Positions 57,256-64,000 of a stretch of DNA of 64,000 nt are shown piece after piece. This DNA is from the human T2T-CHM13v2.0 reference genome, Homo sapiens: NCBI RefSeq assembly GCF_009914755.1, contig NC_060930.1; one strand, 5' to 3'. The notes below the pieces were generated by a model that saw only the letters and a program-made list of their open reading frames with translations, was not told the origin of the DNA and did no database searches. Each line of letters begins with the position of its first letter. The stretch's first letter is position 1. A program made the position numbers and the translations under genes.

Positions 57256-58898
57256 ATTCCTGTATTTTTTCTTTACATATTTTTGTTATTCACTGCATAA
57301 AACTTTATGAATATTTTCTTCATTGTGAATTATATTATCATTTTCTTAACAAAAGTACCCTCTTTTTGTTTCTTTCCCTTATGTCTGATATTAATAATTT
57401 GCTCCCTACATTTTTTTGTTGTTTGCACTATTTGATGCATTTTTACCAGGGCTTTTTCATCTGGTTTTTAATCTGTCAATCATTTTTATAAACAGTATAC
57501 AGTTTGTTTTATGACTCAGTCTATGAGTCTATTATTGATAGAGAGTTTACGCTGTTTTACTTAATACCATAACTGATAGGGTTCGTTCTGTTTCTGAATC
57601 TTTAAAACCCTTTTGGTTTGGTTCTCCTTTTGCTATATCTTTTTAATTAATTTATTTATTTTTACCCTTTGTTATGCAATGGTTCTTTTTTTTAACAGTA
57701 ATTTTGAATATATGCACCCTTTGCTAATATCTAATAAACTTTACTCTATTTATCTTTTTTTGTGCCATACATTTATCCCCTCACAACTCCAGAGAAAATT
57801 CCCATTTGAAAATAATGGTAGTAAGTCTGCTTTCTCCCTTTTCTTTCACCAAAAATCATCAAAAAGAACAAGAAAAATAAGAAACAAAAAGTGCAAACTC
57901 ATTTTTAGTGGAACAATGACAGTTAAATCCCCAAATAACACAATAGGGGAAATGGCTCCTACAAGCAGTGGGATCGAGCATGAAAGAAGAAAGAAGACAC
58001 TGTAGATGTAGATTTCAAAAAAAGTGTCAGAAAGTACATTTTTGGAAAGTGAAGTATATACTTTGAGGTGGAAAAGATCAATCTTGTATTTAGCACAGGA
58101 TGCAAGGACTACTGGCAGATGCTTCCCTAAGACTGGGTTGGTTCTGTGAATCAGAGGAGTCAAGGCTAAATCAGGACTCTCACAGATCAGTCATATTTGC
58201 AAGAAGTAGTCAGTCTTTGTGGCAGAAGAGAGGAAGAGAAGCTTCGCATTGTGAAAACTTCCACACTTCATTATTTCCTTCTGTTGGGGAAGCATAGAGG
58301 TTAAAGTGGCTCATACACAACATCCTGGATTCTAAGGAAAATTCTAGTTTCTTGGAACATCCCCAAGATTACCTTCACTTTGTGAACCTTCGACAGATTG
58401 CTGGTCAAGGAAAAATCTTACCTGTCTGAAAGATAAGTAAGAAATAGAAAGCAAGACAAGAATGGGAAAAGCAAATGCCAGACCAAAAAACCCACCAAAA
58501 AATGTTGCATTAAAGCAGATGAAAATAGTAATCATGTATTCTGGCCTAAACTTTTTTTAAAAATAATATTTATAGCAAAAATCTCTATAAAACAAGAAGA
58601 AAAAGAAGAGATACTAGAGTTCAACAGGTGCTGAAAAAATACATCCAGATGATTAAAAAATGTAAAAAATGAAATGTTATAATTTTGAAGTGAAGGCCTT
58701 CCTATGACACAAAACCCAGAAGCCATAAAAGAATGATAAATTAGACTCTATTAAAATGAAAAACCAAGATGAAAAACTTCCAGGACCAAAGGCATTAAAC
58801 AAATGAAGAAATATTTGTAACTAATTTAATAAGGTACTAATTTCCCTAGAATATACAAATCTATTGGGAAAAGAAAGAAAAAAAAAACAACCCACTAA

Positions 58899-59083
58899 GC
58901 TAGACACAGCGGCATGTGCCTGTAGCACCAGCTACTCTGGAGGCTGAGGCAGAAGGATCACTTCAGCTCAGGAGTTCGGGGCTGTTGTGTGCTATGATCA
59001 CACCTGTGAATGGCCACTGCATTCCAGCCTGGGCAACATAGTGAGACTCCCATCTCTTTAAAAAAAAAAAAAAAAAAAAAAAA
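58899..59083 (+). mobile_element. FAM (fossil Alu monomer)
   Basis: Monomer with FAM-type 'gtgctatgatcacacctgtgaatggccactgc' and poly-A. Confidence 0.85.
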
Positions 59084-59539
59084 CAGAAGAGAAAAAAGGC
59101 AAAAAAAAAAAAAAACCTTCACTGAAACAAAATGAGCAAAAGATCTGAACAGATGGATTCAAAAAAGGAAATGTAAATGGCTTTTAAACATAAAAAGATT
59201 GTCAATCTTATTTTTAACAAGAAAAATACAAATCAGAGCCATACAAAGATTACATTTCACATGTAAGACTGGAAAAAAAATTTTTAATGATAACATAGTC
59301 CCAACATTGTTGGTGGAAATATAATTGTTACAATCAATTATGTCTGAACAGTGCTTTGGCAACACCTATCAAAATTACAAAAACCTATATCCTTTAACCA
59401 AGAATTTCACTTCTAAAGATTTATCCTACAGATATACTGGCCTGTGTGGAAGATGACAATGTACTCAGTCATTGCTGTATTGTTTGTAATAGCACAAGAC
59501 TGAAAACATCCTCGTGGGCGGTGTTTAAAGAAAGGGTGG

Positions 59540-59850
59540 TATGTCAGTTCATGGTAGATGGCATCAATAGCCCCATTTCTTCAGACCTTCCTTTACACAA
59601 GCCTTTTGCCATGCCACTTTGTAGGGCCCTTTCACTTTGTTTGGGATGTAATTCCATGCACCTTGGCTTTAGTATGTGATTTGCTTTGGTTTATAGCATA
59701 TTGGCAGATGTTAGGCAAGCAGTATCTTAAAAAGGATTTACATGATTTACGTTTGCTTGCTCTTGTGCTTAACCTGTTGCCATAAGAATAGCATGTTTAG
59801 GCTATTTCACTGGTCTTAGGAGGAAGGTCAGAGCCATTTGGAACAGAGTT
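59540..59850 (+). mobile_element. MLT1G-like LTR fragment
   Basis: 'ccttttgccatgccactttg...tgtgatttgctttgg'. Confidence 0.55.
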
Positions 59851-60409
59851 GTTTTATATCCATACTATGGAATGCTACTTATAAAAAAATAAAAAGGAAT
59901 GAATTATCGATACTTACAATAACACGGATGAATCTCACATTAGTTATGCACAGTGAAAGAAGCCAAATTAAAAGAGCACCAACTTTATGATTCTATTTAT
60001 ATGAAATCTAGAAAATTTAAATTAGTCTGTAGTGACAGAAATTAAATTAATGGTTGCCTGAGGATGGGATGGTTTAAGGGCGGCATGTGAATAGAGGGAT
60101 TACAAAAGGACATGAGAAAACTTTTGAGAATAATGAATACGTTCATTTTCTTGATAGTAATGATGGTTTCAAGGATGTATACATAATTATCCAATGGTAC
60201 ACTTCAATTATATGCAAAAGAACATTAAAAAAGAAATGTAATGTTAGGATTTGTAAGGCTGAGTAATAGGTGCACAGGTTTTTATGCTGTTCTGTATTGT
60301 TGAGTGTGTTTGCTGTATTTAAAAATAAAATATTTAAATTCACTTAAAAAAGAAATCTAGATTTTCACATCAGAGTTAGTTGATTTAACAAAGTAGTGGG
60401 AACAACAAA

Positions 60410-60530
60410 TTTCATGAAAATAGAGCCCATGTCTGTCTTCTTCACCATTGCTTCCTCAGTTCTCAGAACAGTGCCTAGAAGCACTCATCACATACTCCAA
60501 AAATATTTATGTAATAAATAATGAATAAAC
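60410..60530 (+). mobile_element. L2 3' end
   Basis: 'tgtctgtcttcttcacc...aacagtgcctag...aaatatttatg...tgaataaa'. Confidence 0.7.
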
Positions 60531-61793
60531 TCAGTTTATCCATAGCTACTAGTAATTTCCCTATTTTAAAGAAGCTTCCAATTCCTTATGATGAAACTTG
60601 GAAGTTATCGAACAATTTTTGAGTGATGGCACATACTTTGGAGGGTGGTTGTGGAGATTATCAGAAACCTTGAAGTGTCTTTAGTTTTCTTATGAAGATG
60701 CAGGGCTTGTATTCAGGCAGTCTGCAACAACAAAGCTCTATTAGTTGTTTACAGGTGGCAGCCTCTGATTATTGAACACTGTTTGATCAGTTTTTGTGCC
60801 ATACTGGTTGCAAACCGTTTTGAATCTCACCCCTTTGTAAATGTCACCCACATCAATATTTTGGGGGTGAAAGTACCGCCTGATGTCACACATTTCTCTA
60901 CCGGGTTTCTATTGAAGTTCAGTATGGGCATCCTTTGGTGTGTGCCCCGCACCCAACTCCTTTATCCTATCGCTACCCACACTGTTCAGGCCATATGGTT
61001 TGACACTGGCTTGACTTTATCTCCCTAGTTAAGCTCCTTAACTTCCTTTTTTTCACTCCAAGGTAATATGATAAATTTCTATTTCAAAGTACATAACATC
61101 TCTAGTACTCTCTTCCTTAGCTTTCATATGGGGATCTAAATTTGATACTCAATTTTGTATTTGAACATTTCAAACAGTGCTAAGAACCATCCTATTGACC
61201 TCTGTATTTTAACTCACTGGGTAGGACTTATAATAAAATAGAGAAGCCTGGGTCATGTACCCAAACTTTGGCCTAACGCTATCTGCTGAACCTCTGCCAT
61301 GGATATGCAATAGATTGCCTGTCAATGTGCCAGTATTGTAAATTTTTTTAAGGGAAATTGCTGGCTTTGGAGGTAGCCCTGTTTGGAAGACAAAGTGAGT
61401 ACTACAGAAAAGCACATTAATAAACATTTATTGAACTGTGTTAAATTTAATTGAAATTAATTGAGTTTGGATGGTGGCTACAATTGCAACTGCTCCCATT
61501 TCTTGACTGAATTCCAGTCTTGGTTTAGAACCCATCTTGGGTAAGAACATTTTGACAAGAATCCCTGCAAACATCTTCCGTGTCACCTCCGAAGTGGAAA
61601 TAATGTACATTAAAAAAAGATATTAGGTAACATTGCTAATTTAAATATTTACCATAACTTCCTTTTAAAAGACAATAATTTCAATCAAATAAGATAGGTT
61701 CTTGAAACAGATAAGTGTCTTATCCTATTCTTTCTCTAGGTATTTTTTCACTTCATCATAATCAAACTTGACTCTTTAATAAAGAATTATTAG

Positions 61794-62760
61794 AATTTCT
61801 CTTGGTCATTACTTAAAATATAGAGGCTGACTAAATACCATGTATCTGAAATATTAAATTCAAAAGAGAAAAAAATTTTAAATAAGTTTTCTGTGATGTT
61901 ATGCTACTTAGAATTATGTCTGTATTCTTACCTTCACAGTGAATAAATCACCAAGACTTGTAGATTCTCTTAAAAATTTATACAGGTTGTTTTCAAACTT
62001 TCAAAAAATCAATGTTTCTTCTTCACAATATTTTATAAAGCCTTTTTTATTTTACAAAATGCATCTTGATAAATAATTTAAAAAGTACATACTATATTAA
62101 CTAGAATATTAAAGGATAAATAAAAGAAGAATATTAGTTAATATGTAGCACTACATATAAATACTTGGGCATAACTACGATAGAAACTCAATGAAGTGGT
62201 GATATTCTTCTGCCTACTTATAAACAAGCTAGGATTTAAGAGAAGTTAGACCAATATTCAAATGAATGTTGAAATAATTTTTAAAAATATTAGACATTTT
62301 GAAATAAGAATCACTGCAAATGTAACAACTACAAATGCAAACTGATACTATATTGATGATCTGAGTAGAATGAGTGGCATGGTTATCAGAGATAAAATTT
62401 TGGTAAAGTTCCAAACAAAACAATATATATTGTTTCCTTACAGTGTTAACTGTTCCTGGAAAATTCAACGTATAATAAAACCATACTATAAGTATTTGGA
62501 GCTTAAATGTAAAATGAAGTTGTTTCTAGGCTGAGAACTTCAGGTTTTTATCTAGTCACACTGGGGATAAATTAAAATTTCTCTTGGTCATTATTTAAAA
62601 TATAGAAGTTATCTGTAATCTTATATTTAGAATTATAAATGTATGTATTGTTACCTTCAAAGTGAATAAATCACCAAGATTTGTAGATTATCTTAAAAAT
62701 TTTTATAGGTTGTTTTCAAACTTTCTAAAAGCCAATATTTTCTTTTCAAAAAATATTTTA
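61794..62760. repeat. Dispersed direct repeat: 61794-62035 and 62576-62760
   Basis: Shared 'aatttctcttggtcatta', 'agtgaataaatcaccaaga' and 'aggttgttttcaaacttt'; the second copy lacks about 60 nt. Confidence 0.92.
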
Positions 62761-63064
62761 GTGGCACTGGGTGCAGTGCCACTCTGTTGGGAACCACTGT
62801 TCCATGTAATCTTATGGTCTATATAATAACCAGTGGTCTATATAATCTATTGTTGCCTTGCCAATCTTTTCCTTCTACTTTAGTTTGGCTCTTTGTCATC
62901 CCTCACTTGAACCACCCAACTTTTCTCTCTGTTTTGTCTTCTTTGTCTATAATTTACCTTTTAAACAGATAGCAAATGTGATCTTTCTAAAATGCACTTG
63001 TGATCATGTCATCCCTCTGCTGAAAACTTCCATTGGCCCCCCATCACTCAGGATAATACAAACC

Positions 63065-63377
<313 letters not shown>

Positions 63378-63563
63378 TAATACAAACCTTTTAGACTGGA
63401 GGTCAGTAATCTGATCCCACTAAATTTCAAATCTCACCTTGTACCACTCCCTCCAATGTATCAATGTGTGCTGTGCTCTGCTTTGTGTAGTCTCTAGAAC
63501 TGAATAAATTCTCAGGTTTTTCACCAACTTGCCGATCTTTTGTCTGTCAAGTTCTTACTAACA

Positions 63564-63883
63564 TAGTCTTCCTTCAGTATGCATGGGGATTGGTTTCAAG
63601 AGCCCTGTGGATACCAAACCCCACAGATGCTAAAGTTTCTGATATAAAATGACATAGTATTTTTTTATAACCTACATGCATCCTCCCACAGACTTTAAAT
63701 CATCTCTAGATTATCATACCCAATATAATGTAAATGCTATGCAAATAGTTGTTTTACTGTATTTTTCATTTGTATTATTTTTTACTGTTGTAGCATTATT
63801 TTTTCCTGTTTCTTTTTTCTGTATATTTTCAATCCCCAGCTGATTGAATACACGGGGCAGAAGCTGAGTATACAGGCCGATTG
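63564..63883 (+). mobile_element. MER2 (Tigger-type MITE)
   Basis: 'ggggattggtttcaag...ggataccaaa...actttaaatcatctctagatta'. Confidence 0.88.
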
Positions 63884-64000
63884 TGCTTCAAAATGCAACT
63901 CAGGCATTTCCACCCTAGTAAAACCTTCTGACAGTCTCCCCACTCCATCCCATGTTTGCACTTACCGTATGTTTTGTAACTATTTGCTTTCCCATTAGAC

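Larger units (their letters stand above)
57810..60350 (+). mobile_element. Old L1M/HAL1-type relics with nested FAM and MLT1
   Basis: 'acacaaaacccagaagccataaaagaa' and 3'UTR-like 'acacggatgaatctcac...agtgaaagaagcca'. Assignment of the 5' part is uncertain. Confidence 0.55.

Noticed and set aside
62760-62800. Helitron 3' end
   Set aside because: The hairpin is not followed by CTRR and no 5' TC terminus is evident.

Overview
Repeat-rich primate genomic DNA, most likely human or hominoid (AluY and an L1PA2/3-type 3' end are present). I can support no protein-coding gene, tRNA, rRNA or other known RNA gene. Every long ORF in the track comes from Alu, L1, LTR/MaLR or simple-repeat sequence. The window holds about 21 Alus plus one FAM, several nested L1 blocks (L1PA, L1PB, L1MA, L1MB/ME), MaLR and ERV LTRs (THE1, MST, MLT1, LTR14-type, MER50, LTR33), DNA-transposon relics (MER5, MER53, MER30, Tigger3, MER2) and MIR/L2 fragments. 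Subfamily names come from recalled consensus sequences and need RepeatMasker/Dfam confirmation. I do not see a new multi-gene system. The observations worth follow-up are structural: (1) a ~1.4-kb inversion with an inverted breakpoint duplication, readable from swapped THE1 target-site duplications (TSDs); (2) a chimeric L1 with two 3' ends inside one TSD; (3) an unidentified mRNA 3'-end retrocopy with a locally templated junction; (4) a bulge-free 41-bp hairpin whose non-Watson-Crick pairs are all G-U on the + strand; (5) weak hints of a + strand non-coding transcription unit.
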